A stretch of 64,000 bases of DNA, from the NCBI GenBank assembly GCA_050014195.1, contig JBEKDT010000011.1:64001-128000 (forward strand). The letters run 5' to 3'. This stretch comes from Desulfomonilia bacterium. Lineage in GTDB: Bacteria > Desulfobacterota > Desulfomonilia > UBA1062. The notes under the pieces are model-generated. The model did not search any database and was not told the origin of the DNA. It saw only the letters and a list, made by a program, of their open reading frames with translations. The position numbers and the translations under genes were made by a program. Shown here one piece after another: positions 1-11,835 of the stretch (position 1 is its first letter; every line of letters starts with the position of its first letter).

Positions 1-319
1 TACGGGTGTCCATGACCACGATTGCACCGTAATAGAGCTTGTATCTGATGGCGGTCTCCGAGATAAACTGCTGCAGATACCAGTTGATGGTGAGATTGTA
101 TCTCTTGATACTGTCCTGATCGATGCGGGTTAGATCTTTCTTGCAAAGGGTTATTTTACTAAGGGCTATCTTCTTATCCCTCTCCGGGAATATCTCAGCC
201 CCTCCCTTGATATCAGGCAAGAAGAACAGTGAGGCCATAACGAGCAGGAGCGGCAATAGAAGGTATCGAAGGCGCAGGGACCTTCGTTTTCTCCTCTTCA
301 ACCAAGGATATTCATCCAC
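1..319 (-). CDS. Penicillin-binding protein/transpeptidase-domain protein, 5' part (runs off window)
   Basis: Manual translation from GTG at 319: basic N-terminus, TM helix, then LTINWYLQQFISE...GAIVVMDTR, resembling the PBP transpeptidase domain start (LTID..LQ...GA.VVMD..TG). Confidence 0.6.
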   Translation of the reverse strand, partial: MDEYPWLKRRKRRSLRLRYLLLPLLLVMASLFFLPDIKGGAEIFPERDKKIALSKITLCKKDLTRIDQDSIKRYNLTINWYLQQFISETAIRYKLYYGAIVVMDTR

Positions 320-656
320 TGGAAACTGTCTATTCATTATTATATCTTATATTGGCATATTGCACACAGAGGCGATATATGTCAATATTCGAGCCACCTT
401 TCATATTAATAACATTCGGCAAAAATCACATTTTTTTAAAGCCATTATCTAGCCTATTTGAGGATAATCCCGGCTCATCATGGCTTATTGCCGATATATA
501 CACATTATTACCACGCTCATAAGACTCTCCCTTGATAAACTTATATCCTTCTGGTAGTCTTTCGAGCTCATCGGCGTATGAATCATTTGTGAAAATAGGA
601 GAATGCGGCTGATATTGTGGAAGATGCAATCAATGTTATAAATTCGGCACAAGGGC

Positions 657-1739
657 ATGTTCATGAAAAAAGAAACGGAAGATATCAGATCAGGGATCGA
701 CGCTATTGATAATGAAATCCTGAAGCTCCTCCAGCGGCGCTCCACACTGTCGGTTGAGATGGGAAGGCTCAAACGTGCCGAGAATAAAATCATCTTTGAC
801 CCGGCACGGGAGGAAGAGATCATTAACCGCCTCGATTCCAGGCGGGAACCTCCGCTCACCAGGCCCATTGTCGAAGGGATCTTCCGTGAGATATTCAGTG
901 CTTCACGCTCTCTCCAGCAGCGGCAGAAGGTGGCGTATCTCGGTCCTGAAGGCAGTTTCTCCCACCAGGCGGCCTTCTCGGTGTTTTCCATTGACGGTGA
1001 CCTTATCCCATTCAAGGATATTGAGACGGTTATCCAGACGGTGGCTTCTGCAAGGGCCGATATTGGAGTTGTACCGGTAGAAAACTCGACTGAAGGCATG
1101 ATTAACCGCACACTGGACATGATGGCAACCACACGTCTATGCGTCATCCAGGAATTCATGCTCCCCATCCGAAACTGTCTGTTGGCCAACATTCCCAAAG
1201 AGAAGATAAAAAAGGTTTTCTCACATCCCCAGCCTCTGGCTCAGTGCAGGGTATGGCTCACATCAAACCTTCCTCAGGCTGAGATCATTGAAACAGCAAG
1301 CACCTCCGAAGCAGCCATGGCAGCAAGGTCCCATGAGGATGGCGCTGCGGTTGCTTCGTCCATGGCAGCAGAGATCTACGGGCTTTCCATCTTTGCTGAA
1401 AACATCAATGACTTCCGGGAGAATATTACACGGTTTTGGGTCATCTCCCGCACTGCATTACCGGTATCAGGCAGTGCAAAGACATCCATCATCGTCACCC
1501 TCGATAATCGCCCCGGAGCTTTGTACAACGCCCTAGGCGTATTCGCCCGCAAGGGGATCAACCTCACCAAGATCGAGTCGCGGCCTTCCAAAAAAAGTCC
1601 ATGGGAATATCTGTTCTTCATCGACTTCCAGGGAAACCTTATTGATGAAAACGTGAAGATGACTATTGAAGAAATCAAGGAATTCACCAGGGATGTGATC
1701 ATTCTCGGTTCATACCCTGAAGGGAGAATTCTCCCGTGA
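657..1739 (+). CDS. pheA: Chorismate mutase/prephenate dehydratase
   Basis: N-terminal CM (IDAIDNEILKLLQRR), YLGPEGSFS, PVENSTEG, ACT domain with NLTKIESRP. Confidence 0.95.
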   Translation: MFMKKETEDIRSGIDAIDNEILKLLQRRSTLSVEMGRLKRAENKIIFDPAREEEIINRLDSRREPPLTRPIVEGIFREIFSASRSLQQRQKVAYLGPEGSFSHQAAFSVFSIDGDLIPFKDIETVIQTVASARADIGVVPVENSTEGMINRTLDMMATTRLCVIQEFMLPIRNCLLANIPKEKIKKVFSHPQPLAQCRVWLTSNLPQAEIIETASTSEAAMAARSHEDGAAVASSMAAEIYGLSIFAENINDFRENITRFWVISRTALPVSGSAKTSIIVTLDNRPGALYNALGVFARKGINLTKIESRPSKKSPWEYLFFIDFQGNLIDENVKMTIEEIKEFTRDVIILGSYPEGRILP

Positions 1740-2824
1740 AGACCGTGGAGCCTGTTCCGTGGGCCTTTACCATACCTGAATATATACCTGGGACATCAAA
1801 GGAAGAGATCGCCAGGCGGTACGGGGCCGCAAACCCCATCAAGCTCGCATCAAACGAAAATCCCCTGGGCCCCAGCCCAAAGGCGCTTCTGGCAGTCGGA
1901 GCGGCATTAACATCTTCCCACATCTACCCTGATCCTGACTCAAAGAACCTCCGCACTGCAGCGTCACGCTTCTTCGGCTGTAAAATCGAGGGCATCATTG
2001 CAGGGAACGGATCTGATGAGATTATCGACCTCATCTGCCGGGCCTATCTGAAACCGGGAGACGAGGTAATCATCCCTTCCTGTACTTTTAGCTATTATGG
2101 AATAGCCGCACGCGCATGCGGGGCATCAGTGGTAACATCGCCCATGAAAGAACACCGGATAGACATGGACGGCATTAAAGCCGCCATAAGCCCCAAAACC
2201 AAGGCCATATTCGTGGCAAACCCCAACAACCCTACAGGAACGTATCTGCCCAAAGATGAAGTCCTCTTCCTCATAGAGAAAGTTCCAAAAAATCTGCTGC
2301 TCATAATGGACGAAGCGTATGGCGCCTTTGTCAGGGCGGATGATTTCCTGAGCACTACATCACTGTCCCAAAAAAAATCGAACCTGATTACCCTCCATAC
2401 ACTGTCCAAATCCCATGGTCTTGCAGGTCTCAGGGTTGGGTTCGGGATTGCAACAACGGAAATTATAAGTACCATGCTTCGTATCAAGCCGCCGTTCAAT
2501 GTGAACATCCTTGCCCAAAAGGCAGGAGAAGCCGCCCTGAATGATGAGGCCTTCTTCAAGAAGACGCTTGCACATACCCGGGACAGTCTTGACATGCTCT
2601 ATGAAGCATTCGACCGGATCGGGCTTGCATATGTCCGGTCGCAGACAAACTTTGTCCTGGTGCATATCGGCAAGGGTTCAAAAAGGGTCTACGAGGACCT
2701 CCTGAAAAAAGGCATCATCACCCGTCATATAGCAAATATCGGGCTCGACGAATATATCCGAGTAAGTATCGGCCTTCCTGAGGAGAACAGCGCCTTCATT
2801 GCTGCACTCAAGGAGGCCTTATGA
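1736..2824 (+). CDS. hisC: Histidinol-phosphate aminotransferase
   Basis: IKLASNENPLG, GNGSDE, NPNNPTG, DEAY, TLSKSHGLAGLRVG (PLP lysine). Confidence 0.93.
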   Translation: MKTVEPVPWAFTIPEYIPGTSKEEIARRYGAANPIKLASNENPLGPSPKALLAVGAALTSSHIYPDPDSKNLRTAASRFFGCKIEGIIAGNGSDEIIDLICRAYLKPGDEVIIPSCTFSYYGIAARACGASVVTSPMKEHRIDMDGIKAAISPKTKAIFVANPNNPTGTYLPKDEVLFLIEKVPKNLLLIMDEAYGAFVRADDFLSTTSLSQKKSNLITLHTLSKSHGLAGLRVGFGIATTEIISTMLRIKPPFNVNILAQKAGEAALNDEAFFKKTLAHTRDSLDMLYEAFDRIGLAYVRSQTNFVLVHIGKGSKRVYEDLLKKGIITRHIANIGLDEYIRVSIGLPEENSAFIAALKEAL

Positions 2825-3648
2825 AGGTAACAATCGTCGGGCTCGGGCTCATCGGCGCATCCATCGCAAAGGCCCTTCGCAGCAGCGCACACATCACAGG
2901 CATAGACATGAACAGCCGCACGGTTAAACAGGCCATCGAAGACGGGGTGATAGCAGAGGGCGGGACTGACATGGCAAAAGCCTCGGGCAGTGACGTGGTG
3001 ATCATCGCCGTGCCGGTGGGCAGTGTCGTGGATGCATCATGGAGGGTGATCAAATGTATCAAGGAGGATACAATCCTGACCGATACCGGCTCTACCAAGG
3101 CACACATCGTGGAGAGTCTTGACCGTGTATTCCCGTCATTTGTCGGCTCTCATCCCATAGCCGGGAAAGAGAACCCGGGCTATGTTCACAGCCAGGAAGA
3201 TCTGTTCAAGAACTCCATGACCATCATCACCCCTTCTGCATCCACACGCCAGGAGTGTGTTGAAAAAGTGAAGCTGCTGTGGGAGACATGCGGCTCAAAG
3301 ACGCATATCATGGACCCTGAGAAACACGACCGGCTCATGGCTATTATCAGCCACATGCCCCACCTTTTAAGCTATGTATCGATGAGCATGGCAGGCAGTC
3401 TGAACATCCACCGGCAGCTCTTGGGAGCAGGTTTCCGCGATTTCACCAGGATTGCCGCCTCAGACCCTCATATGTGGAGAGATATCTTTCTCGATAACAA
3501 AGAGAACATTCTGCCCCTCATAGATACATACATGGAAGAGCTGAAATTCATCCGATCCCTTATTGATGAAGGAAAGATCCAGGACTTGGAAAAATTATTA
3601 TCAACTTATGCACAGATCAGGAGAGGTTTATATGGCGATTCACGGTGA
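2821..3648 (+). CDS. tyrA: Prephenate/arogenate dehydrogenase
   Basis: GLGLIGAS Rossmann motif, DTGSTK, HPIAGKE, SHMPH, GFRDFTRIA. Confidence 0.92.
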   Translation: MKVTIVGLGLIGASIAKALRSSAHITGIDMNSRTVKQAIEDGVIAEGGTDMAKASGSDVVIIAVPVGSVVDASWRVIKCIKEDTILTDTGSTKAHIVESLDRVFPSFVGSHPIAGKENPGYVHSQEDLFKNSMTIITPSASTRQECVEKVKLLWETCGSKTHIMDPEKHDRLMAIISHMPHLLSYVSMSMAGSLNIHRQLLGAGFRDFTRIAASDPHMWRDIFLDNKENILPLIDTYMEELKFIRSLIDEGKIQDLEKLLSTYAQIRRGLYGDSR

Positions 3649-4876
3649 GATCACACCTCCCCCGGACAAGTCCATATCTCACAGGGCCTTCATACTCGGA
3701 GCCCTGGCCAAAGGTGTGACTATTGTCAGGAATGCCCTCGAATCAGAGGACATCAAGAGCACACGATCCGCCCTTTCTACCCTGGGGGTTGATATACAAA
3801 AGCAAGGAAATATATACCGGGTACAGGGATCACAGGTTAAGGAACCGTTGCAGGTCATCGATGCCGGTAATTCAGGCACTACAGCCAGGCTCATGTGTGG
3901 TATCCTTGCAGGCCTCGACGGCACAACCACGATCACAGGGGATAGATCCTTGGTCCAGCGGCCTATGGCAAGGGTTATCAAGCCGTTGGAGCTCATGGGG
4001 GCCCGATTTATGGCGCGTAAGGGCGGATACCTGCCTATGGCCGTCAAGGGTGGCAATCTCAGGGGTATATTCCATCCCATGGAGGTTGCCTCGGCCCAGG
4101 TTAAATCTGCCATGCTTCTTGCTGGCCTGCATGCCGAAGGCCAGACCACCGTGAACGAGCCGTCACCGAGTCGCGATCACACAGAGCGTATGCTTGGGTA
4201 CTTCGGGGCGGTCTTAAGTCTAAGCTCGAAGTCCGCGACAATAATCGGCGGCCAGAAGCTCGAGGCAAGGGACATTACCGTACCGGGCGATCCCTCCTCC
4301 GCGGCTTTCCCTGTGGTATGGGCAGCTACTGCACCCGGCTCGGAGATAATAGTACACGATGTATGTCTGAACACAACAAGGACCGGCTATCTCGCTGTGC
4401 TTGAACGCATGGGTGCACAAATCGAAAGGGTGAATGTGCAAGATAAAGCTGGAGAGCCGGTGGGTGATCTAGTAGTACATGGCTCTGAGCTTATGGGAAC
4501 CACTATTGCCGGAGATGAGATCCCAACGCTTATTGACGAGATCCCCATCTTGGTAGTTGCAGCCGCCCTTGCCACAGGCACTATGGTCATAACAAATGCT
4601 AAGGAGTTGCGTGTAAAGGAGACGGACCGTATTGCCGCAATGGTGAAAGGCTTGTCACAACTCGGGGTGCAGGTCGAGGAGCTCGATGACGGCCTGATCG
4701 TCAAAGGACCTGCACGGCTGTCATCCGGGAACATCTCTACGTTCTCCGACCATAGAATCGCCATGTCATTCTACATACTATCAAAGGCCTCGGGTATTGA
4801 CATCCAGCTCGATGACAGAACGTGTGTCGATATCTCCTACCCTACATTTTTTGAGGATATGGTGAAATTGATATGA
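3632..4876 (+). CDS. aroA: 3-phosphoshikimate 1-carboxyvinyltransferase (EPSP synthase)
   Basis: DKSISHRA, GNSGTTARL, SAQVKSA, ELRVKETDRI, DHRIAM; start moved to MAIHGE. Confidence 0.95.
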   Translation: MAIHGEITPPPDKSISHRAFILGALAKGVTIVRNALESEDIKSTRSALSTLGVDIQKQGNIYRVQGSQVKEPLQVIDAGNSGTTARLMCGILAGLDGTTTITGDRSLVQRPMARVIKPLELMGARFMARKGGYLPMAVKGGNLRGIFHPMEVASAQVKSAMLLAGLHAEGQTTVNEPSPSRDHTERMLGYFGAVLSLSSKSATIIGGQKLEARDITVPGDPSSAAFPVVWAATAPGSEIIVHDVCLNTTRTGYLAVLERMGAQIERVNVQDKAGEPVGDLVVHGSELMGTTIAGDEIPTLIDEIPILVVAAALATGTMVITNAKELRVKETDRIAAMVKGLSQLGVQVEELDDGLIVKGPARLSSGNISTFSDHRIAMSFYILSKASGIDIQLDDRTCVDISYPTFFEDMVKLI

Positions 4877-5535
4877 CATTTCATATCATCACCATGGATG
4901 GACCTGCCGGCAGCGGCAAATCCACGGTGGCTAAAGAAGTTGCCCGAAGACTCGGATATACATTCCTCGATACTGGAGCCCTGTATCGGGCCGCTGCTGT
5001 AGCCCTCGATGCGGCCGGTTGCGACATGCGTAATGAAAATGAATGCGCATCCGTACTGGCAAAGACCAGTATAAGGATCTCGGATGGGAAGACTTATGTG
5101 AACGGCCATGATGTGAGCACTGATATCAGGGCTCACCATATCAGTGAGCTGGCCTCGGCAATTGCGGTTCATCAATCCGTGCGAAAGGAATTGCTTGGTA
5201 TACAACGGTCCTTTATAGGAAGTACATCCCTGGTTGCCGAGGGAAGAGACACGGGAACCATTGTGTTTCCCGATGCAGATATCAAATTCTATCTCGATGC
5301 CACACCTGAAGAGAGGGCTAGACGCAGATACTCTGAGTTTGTCGATAAGGGTACTGATATATCAATGGGACAGGTCCTCAAAGATATTGAAAAACGGGAT
5401 CAAAGGGACAGCGCGAGAATGATTTCGCCTCTGGTCATATCAGAAGATGCAGTTGTGGTTGATACGACACACCTGAAATTAGAAGAGGTAGTAGATAAAA
5501 TCCTCTCTCTCATTAAGGAGAGGTTAACCGATTAG
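4873..5535 (+). CDS. cmk: Cytidylate kinase
   Basis: DGPAGSGKST, LDTGALYR, EGRDTGTIVFPDA. Confidence 0.95.
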   Translation: MTFHIITMDGPAGSGKSTVAKEVARRLGYTFLDTGALYRAAAVALDAAGCDMRNENECASVLAKTSIRISDGKTYVNGHDVSTDIRAHHISELASAIAVHQSVRKELLGIQRSFIGSTSLVAEGRDTGTIVFPDADIKFYLDATPEERARRRYSEFVDKGTDISMGQVLKDIEKRDQRDSARMISPLVISEDAVVVDTTHLKLEEVVDKILSLIKERLTD

Positions 5536-5754
5536 GAGACGATCCTTCCTGCCGGCATCCTCTAAAGTGGCGTCTCTGCGCATCTCCAGCGCCATATGGT
5601 CAAGGATTTCTTTGGAAAAATTGATGACGTCCTTGTTGGTGAACCCATTGCGTATGAGTTCCTTATAAAGGCTCTTGGCAAGGATCTTGGTAGCCCTCGT
5701 AGTATCCATATTCTTCAAAATAATATCAAGATTGCCTTTTCTGCTCATATCCAT
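5524..5754 (-). CDS. Small hypothetical protein
   Basis: 76-aa ORF with GAGG RBS and upstream sigma54-like promoter. Confidence 0.65.
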   Translation of the reverse strand: MDMSRKGNLDIILKNMDTTRATKILAKSLYKELIRNGFTNKDVINFSKEILDHMALEMRRDATLEDAGRKDRLLIG

Positions 5755-5781
5755 CCCTCGTCTCTCTCTGCCGCCAAATAA

Positions 5782-5798
5782 TGCATCGACTATGCCAA
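5782..5798 (-). promoter_or_regulatory. Sigma54-type promoter
   Basis: Minus strand TTGGCATAGTCGATGCA = GG-N10-GC; inverted repeat GTTGCA-N10-TGCAAC upstream at 5836-5857. Confidence 0.6.
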
Positions 5799-5949
5799 GT
5801 ACAGCAATTGTTAATTTTCAGTTAAAATATATGCGGTTGCAATTTCGATAGTGCAACGTTTCTCTTTCTTGATGTGGATATTCTGCAATAGGTGAATCAC
5901 CGTTCTTACTGCGCACATAGGCCCCAGGCCGAGCTGATAAAATTCATCA

Positions 5950-7233
5950 CTACTGATGAAAAAACACAACTCTTTGCTCAATGGCAGCTTGGGACTTGGG
6001 TTTGCGATACCTTCTGCGTCTCTTTTTCTGGAATCTCCCTATACCTTTACTGAGTGGGAATTTCACAGAAAATGCAGCGGCAAAGGCATCTTCATTGTGG
6101 TCGAACCGGCTAAGGGTAATTAGTGCGAACAGTGTAGAAGCGTCTTTATAGCTCGCCCTTTTAACCAGGGACCATCTCATCCTCCCCGTCTGCATCGCTA
6201 AGATCATCCGTTCCAGGATTTCCAGTGCATGGATCACATTCGCCCTCAAGGTCTTCGGGATGGTCACGAGCACCCTTGCGCCGGCAAACTCATCGGCGAG
6301 GAGTTTTATCTTGTCTCCATAAAGATGTCCTTTTTCTTTTATGACTTGCCGGGCCCACGGCCACAAGAGCAAACCGTAAGATACTACTTGTGATGGAGTT
6401 TCATCCCTTCTGACGAATTCATCGAGGATATCAAGCAACCTGACAACCTCTTCCCGTATCTTATAAGATTCTTCCATCATTTTTCCCAAATCACCCAATA
6501 TAGCGGAAAGTATCAAGTAAGCTGTCATTTTGCGGAAGAGTTCTCCGGCAAAGCCGGATGCAAGATCCTTGTTCAGCTCTTCATACAGCCTGGAACCGGA
6601 GCATCCTGACAGGAGCATCCGATTGTTCTCGATGGCTTTGGCTGTGGCATGCTCAATAGAAAATCCTTGACGCGAGGCGTACCTGAGAACTCTCCACATC
6701 CTTACGGGGTCCTCAGCATATCTCACGTCAGCGTCACCTATTATACAGACTCTTTTCTGTGATATGTCTTCCAGTCCGCCCACATAATCGATGATCGAGA
6801 AGGTTCTGATGTCATAGAACAAAGCATTGATGGTGATATCTCTGCGAAATGCATCTTCCATCGGCGTACCGAAGGTGTTGTTATGGTCTGTCTCACCCTC
6901 TTCGGTCGCTTCAGGCTCTCTCCTGAATGTGGCCACCTCAATGATCTTGCTACCCTTAAACCGGATATGGGCAAGGCGAAAGCGTTTGCCGATGAGGAAG
7001 CAGTTGGCGAAGAGTTTCTTTATCTGTCCGGGCCTGGCATCGGTGGCCACATCAAAGTCTTTGGGTCTTTTGCCCAGGAGGAAATCGCGGACCGCACCAC
7101 CCACCAGATATGCCTTGAAACCATTACGGGAAAGTCGGTAGAGCACCTTCAATGCATCCGGATCGATATCTTTCCGGGATATGCAGTGAGATGATCTGGG
7201 CAGGATGAACGGTTCTCTAGTTGGTCTCTTCAT
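5950..7233 (-). CDS. pcnB: Poly(A) polymerase I
   Basis: LVGGAVRD, DFD, LIGKRFRLAHIRF PAP-specific signature, DAFRRDITINAL, basic C-terminal tail. Confidence 0.9.
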   Translation of the reverse strand: MKRPTREPFILPRSSHCISRKDIDPDALKVLYRLSRNGFKAYLVGGAVRDFLLGKRPKDFDVATDARPGQIKKLFANCFLIGKRFRLAHIRFKGSKIIEVATFRREPEATEEGETDHNNTFGTPMEDAFRRDITINALFYDIRTFSIIDYVGGLEDISQKRVCIIGDADVRYAEDPVRMWRVLRYASRQGFSIEHATAKAIENNRMLLSGCSGSRLYEELNKDLASGFAGELFRKMTAYLILSAILGDLGKMMEESYKIREEVVRLLDILDEFVRRDETPSQVVSYGLLLWPWARQVIKEKGHLYGDKIKLLADEFAGARVLVTIPKTLRANVIHALEILERMILAMQTGRMRWSLVKRASYKDASTLFALITLSRFDHNEDAFAAAFSVKFPLSKGIGRFQKKRRRRYRKPKSQAAIEQRVVFFHQ

Positions 7234-7384
7234 TATGGTCGTCTTCGTCCGGCCTACCTTCTATGCGATACGATTCATTCGCCCAGCCGATAAGATCAAT
7301 ACCCTTACAGCCTCTGGAACAAAATGGCCTGTACGGATTACCCTCAAAGGGTACTTCCTTTTTACAACCAGGGCATTTTACCAT
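7217..7384 (-). CDS. yacG: DNA gyrase inhibitor YacG
   Basis: CPGC...RPFCSRGCKGIDLIGWANESYRI zinc finger. Confidence 0.88.
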   Translation of the reverse strand: MVKCPGCKKEVPFEGNPYRPFCSRGCKGIDLIGWANESYRIEGRPDEDDHNEETN

Positions 7385-7724
7385 TTTTACTACTGTCTCT
7401 GATTGTTTTCCATTACCCATATAAGACTCATATCTCAGATCTGCGCGACCCATCTCTTAATTGCCCTCTCTTTTTATGGACATTGCCGGAAGAACACATC
7501 AGGTACTACCTGAAATTATCCTACTGTTTAAACTGTCTATCCTGAAGAAGCCTTGCAGGTCAACATTACCTTTTTCAATAGATTCCTTGAATAGTACATT
7601 TCGCTGTCGAATGACCTCCCCATTGTGTGAATTATCGGCAAGATTTTCTTTTAATAAATTTCTATTGACTTAAACAACAAAAGAATGATTTGGTAACTGT
7701 TAGCGAAAAGAACATAAAGATCCA

Positions 7725-8372
7725 ATGCAGAAAAAGATCAGAAGAAAACGTCAGATTTTACGAAACAGAACCGTCATCTTACGGTCTGCACGGGAGCTCT
7801 TCCATAAGAAGGGTTTCTACGGAACCACCATGGAAGACATCGCCGAGATATCGGGATTTGACAGAAGGACCATCTATAACCACTTCAAAAACAAGGAAGA
7901 TGTCTTTGCAGCGTTGATATCCGGCATCCTCGATGATATTGATGCCGTCTTCAACGACATATCCGCTCAAAAAGGCTCTTCCCTTGATAAGCTCAGGGAG
8001 CTCGTATTGAGCCTGTTCGATCTGTACATCGATAACTCCCAGCTCCTAAACATCTTTATGTCCGAATACGAAACCAATGAGATTAAAAAGAGGCGGTACC
8101 TTTCTGCATACACCCTTAAGAATATCAGCGCCTACAAAAAGATCGAGGCACGGCTGGTGGCTATGATAAAAGATGCCCAGGAAGAAAAACTGGTGGTTAA
8201 TGTCCATCCATATATCCTTGCGGGCATGCTCAATGAGCTTATCTTGAGGAGTGTCATCGTACTGCATAACCAAAAAGGGGCCATCCGAAAGAAGGACATC
8301 ATCCATGATATCTTTGAACTCCTTGGCAAAAATGTCGTGAGGGCCCCCCTTATCACCTCAGGGAAGATATAG
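7725..8372 (+). CDS. TetR/AcrR family regulator
   Basis: ARELFHKKGFYGTTMEDIAE...TIYNHFKNKE HTH. Confidence 0.9.
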   Translation: MQKKIRRKRQILRNRTVILRSARELFHKKGFYGTTMEDIAEISGFDRRTIYNHFKNKEDVFAALISGILDDIDAVFNDISAQKGSSLDKLRELVLSLFDLYIDNSQLLNIFMSEYETNEIKKRRYLSAYTLKNISAYKKIEARLVAMIKDAQEEKLVVNVHPYILAGMLNELILRSVIVLHNQKGAIRKKDIIHDIFELLGKNVVRAPLITSGKI

Positions 8373-8460
8373 ATCTTCATTTGCCAAAAGAGGAGATAGA
8401 AGAATGATTCCCCCTTTGAAGGGGGATGCTTCTCTGAAGATCTCCCATGAAATGAACTCC

Positions 8461-8494
8461 AAAAAAAGAGGGGTGGAATAAATTTCCACCCCTC
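8461..8494 (-). terminator. Intrinsic terminator after groEL
   Basis: GAGGGGTGGAA/TTCCACCCCTC stem with A-tract on plus (U-tract on minus). Confidence 0.75.
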
Positions 8495-8522
8495 CTGATT
8501 TCTCTAAATATTTGGCTTTTCG

Positions 8523-10178
<1,656 letters not shown>

Positions 10179-10195
10179 TTCCTATTCCTCCTTGC

Positions 10196-10483
10196 CTACT
10201 GGATAATCCCGAGGATGTCTTCCTCTCTCATGATGAGCAACTCCTCACCCTCGATCTTGATCTCGTTCCCTGAATACTTAGAGAAGAGCACCTTGTCACC
10301 CTTTTTCACATCGAGCGGGATGACCTTTCCATCCTCGGTCTTCTTTCCGCCACCGGCGGCGATGACCTCACCCATTTGGGGTTTTTCTTTTGCCGTATCG
10401 GGTATGATGATTCCCCCTTTGGTTTTCTGTTCCTCTTCGATCCTCTTGACGAGAATCCTGTCGTGCAATGGCTTAATCTTCAT
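10196..10483 (-). CDS. groES: Co-chaperonin GroES
   Basis: [27 protein letters not shown]; start at ATG 10483 with RBS. Confidence 0.98.
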   Translation of the reverse strand: MKIKPLHDRILVKRIEEEQKTKGGIIIPDTAKEKPQMGEVIAAGGGKKTEDGKVIPLDVKKGDKVLFSKYSGNEIKIEGEELLIMREEDILGIIQ

Positions 10484-10506
10484 TCCTTTCCTCCAAGTTC
10501 TGATTG

Positions 10507-10533
10507 TTAGCACTCACTATATATGAGTGCTAA
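10507..10533. promoter_or_regulatory. CIRCE element (HrcA operator)
   Basis: Perfect TTAGCACTC-N9-GAGTGCTAA just upstream of groES. Confidence 0.97.
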
Positions 10534-10863
10534 TCACGTAGCAAGGATTATCTGTAAGTTCAAGGCCTGATATTACTCCATACTATGAATCATACGTGAT
10601 GTTTATGCACTATTCTTCCAAATGATGTATATCCTGAAAATATCATGAAAATACTATTTCTTTCACCGATTTCCTTGACCTGCCAGTACAGTACAGCTGA
10701 TCTGTAGGGTCTTTACCCCCCATCGAATCCGTTGAGGCTATATTGGATCTAAATATCATATGAGCGATATGCTGTCTGATTATTGCTTATTTGACAAATC
10801 GGGTTACAGAATGCAGAATATACTCTATACTCATAGAGTAATGGTAAAAATTGGAGATTTCCC

Positions 10864-11700
10864 ATGAGCCAGGCTTCTAAGAAGATATTGTTCGGGCTGT
10901 CACTGATCATTCTGTCGGTATCCACCTACATCCTGCATTATTATATCTTCAGGGACACACGCGATATTTTCTTCTATATGATCATGGACATCGCATTCAT
11001 GTTCATCCAGGTCCTGCTCGTTACCCTTATCCTTCAGCAATTCCTCGAGATGAGGGAAAAACAGAACAGGATCGAAAAGCTCAACACGATAATCGGGGTC
11101 TTCTTCAGTGAGCTGGGGACCGATCTCCTTTCCTACTACTCCGATCTCGACCCCAACCTCGGAACCATCAAAAATGAACTGCTCATCTCGGCGCAGTGGA
11201 CCGACAGAGAATTTCTAAAAGCCATGAATCGCCTTGGTAATTATGACTATAAGGTGGAACCGGAAAAGCTTGACCTTGAAAGACTCAAGCAATACCTTAG
11301 GGAGAAGAGGGACTTCCTCCTCACCATGATGGAAAATCCAAACCTCATGGAGCACGAACGCTTCACCGAGCTCTTGCGATCGGTCTTTCATCTCGCCGAA
11401 GAGCTCAAGCTGAGAAAGGCTATTACCGAACTCCCTTGTGAAGACTGCGACCACATAGCTGCAGATATCAACAGATCCTACCGGATGCTGGTCAGGGAAT
11501 GGATATCCTATATGAAGCATCTCAAAGACAACTTCCCCTACCTCTTCTCACTGGCCATGCGTACCAATCCCTTTGACCAGGAGGCGTCGGTCATTGTCAA
11601 CCAGGGGATACACCCTTCGGGGCTTTCACTGTCAGAGGCCTACCCGCAATCAGTAACAGCCTTCAGCAATCCTGCAGCTGGATACACCAAGAACACTTGA
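10864..11700 (+). CDS. Conserved hypothetical membrane protein
   Basis: Two N-terminal TM helices, soluble domain ending YPY/FPYLFSLAMRTNPFD-like motif. Confidence 0.75.
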   Translation: MSQASKKILFGLSLIILSVSTYILHYYIFRDTRDIFFYMIMDIAFMFIQVLLVTLILQQFLEMREKQNRIEKLNTIIGVFFSELGTDLLSYYSDLDPNLGTIKNELLISAQWTDREFLKAMNRLGNYDYKVEPEKLDLERLKQYLREKRDFLLTMMENPNLMEHERFTELLRSVFHLAEELKLRKAITELPCEDCDHIAADINRSYRMLVREWISYMKHLKDNFPYLFSLAMRTNPFDQEASVIVNQGIHPSGLSLSEAYPQSVTAFSNPAAGYTKNT

Positions 11701-11835
11701 TATTCGGATTTACCTCTTAACCTACATACATTTTCAACAGGATGGCCTTCCGAAACATTGATCGCAAGGGGCATATGTGTTATTACCCTGGGTGTTGAAA
11801 TAAAATTGCTACTCGTTAGAAATACGGAGGTGAAC

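Noticed and set aside
485-1198. 237-aa minus-strand ORF and similar long antisense ORFs over groEL, aroA, etf and acd
   Set aside because: Fully overlap well-supported genes on the opposite strand and have no recognisable motifs
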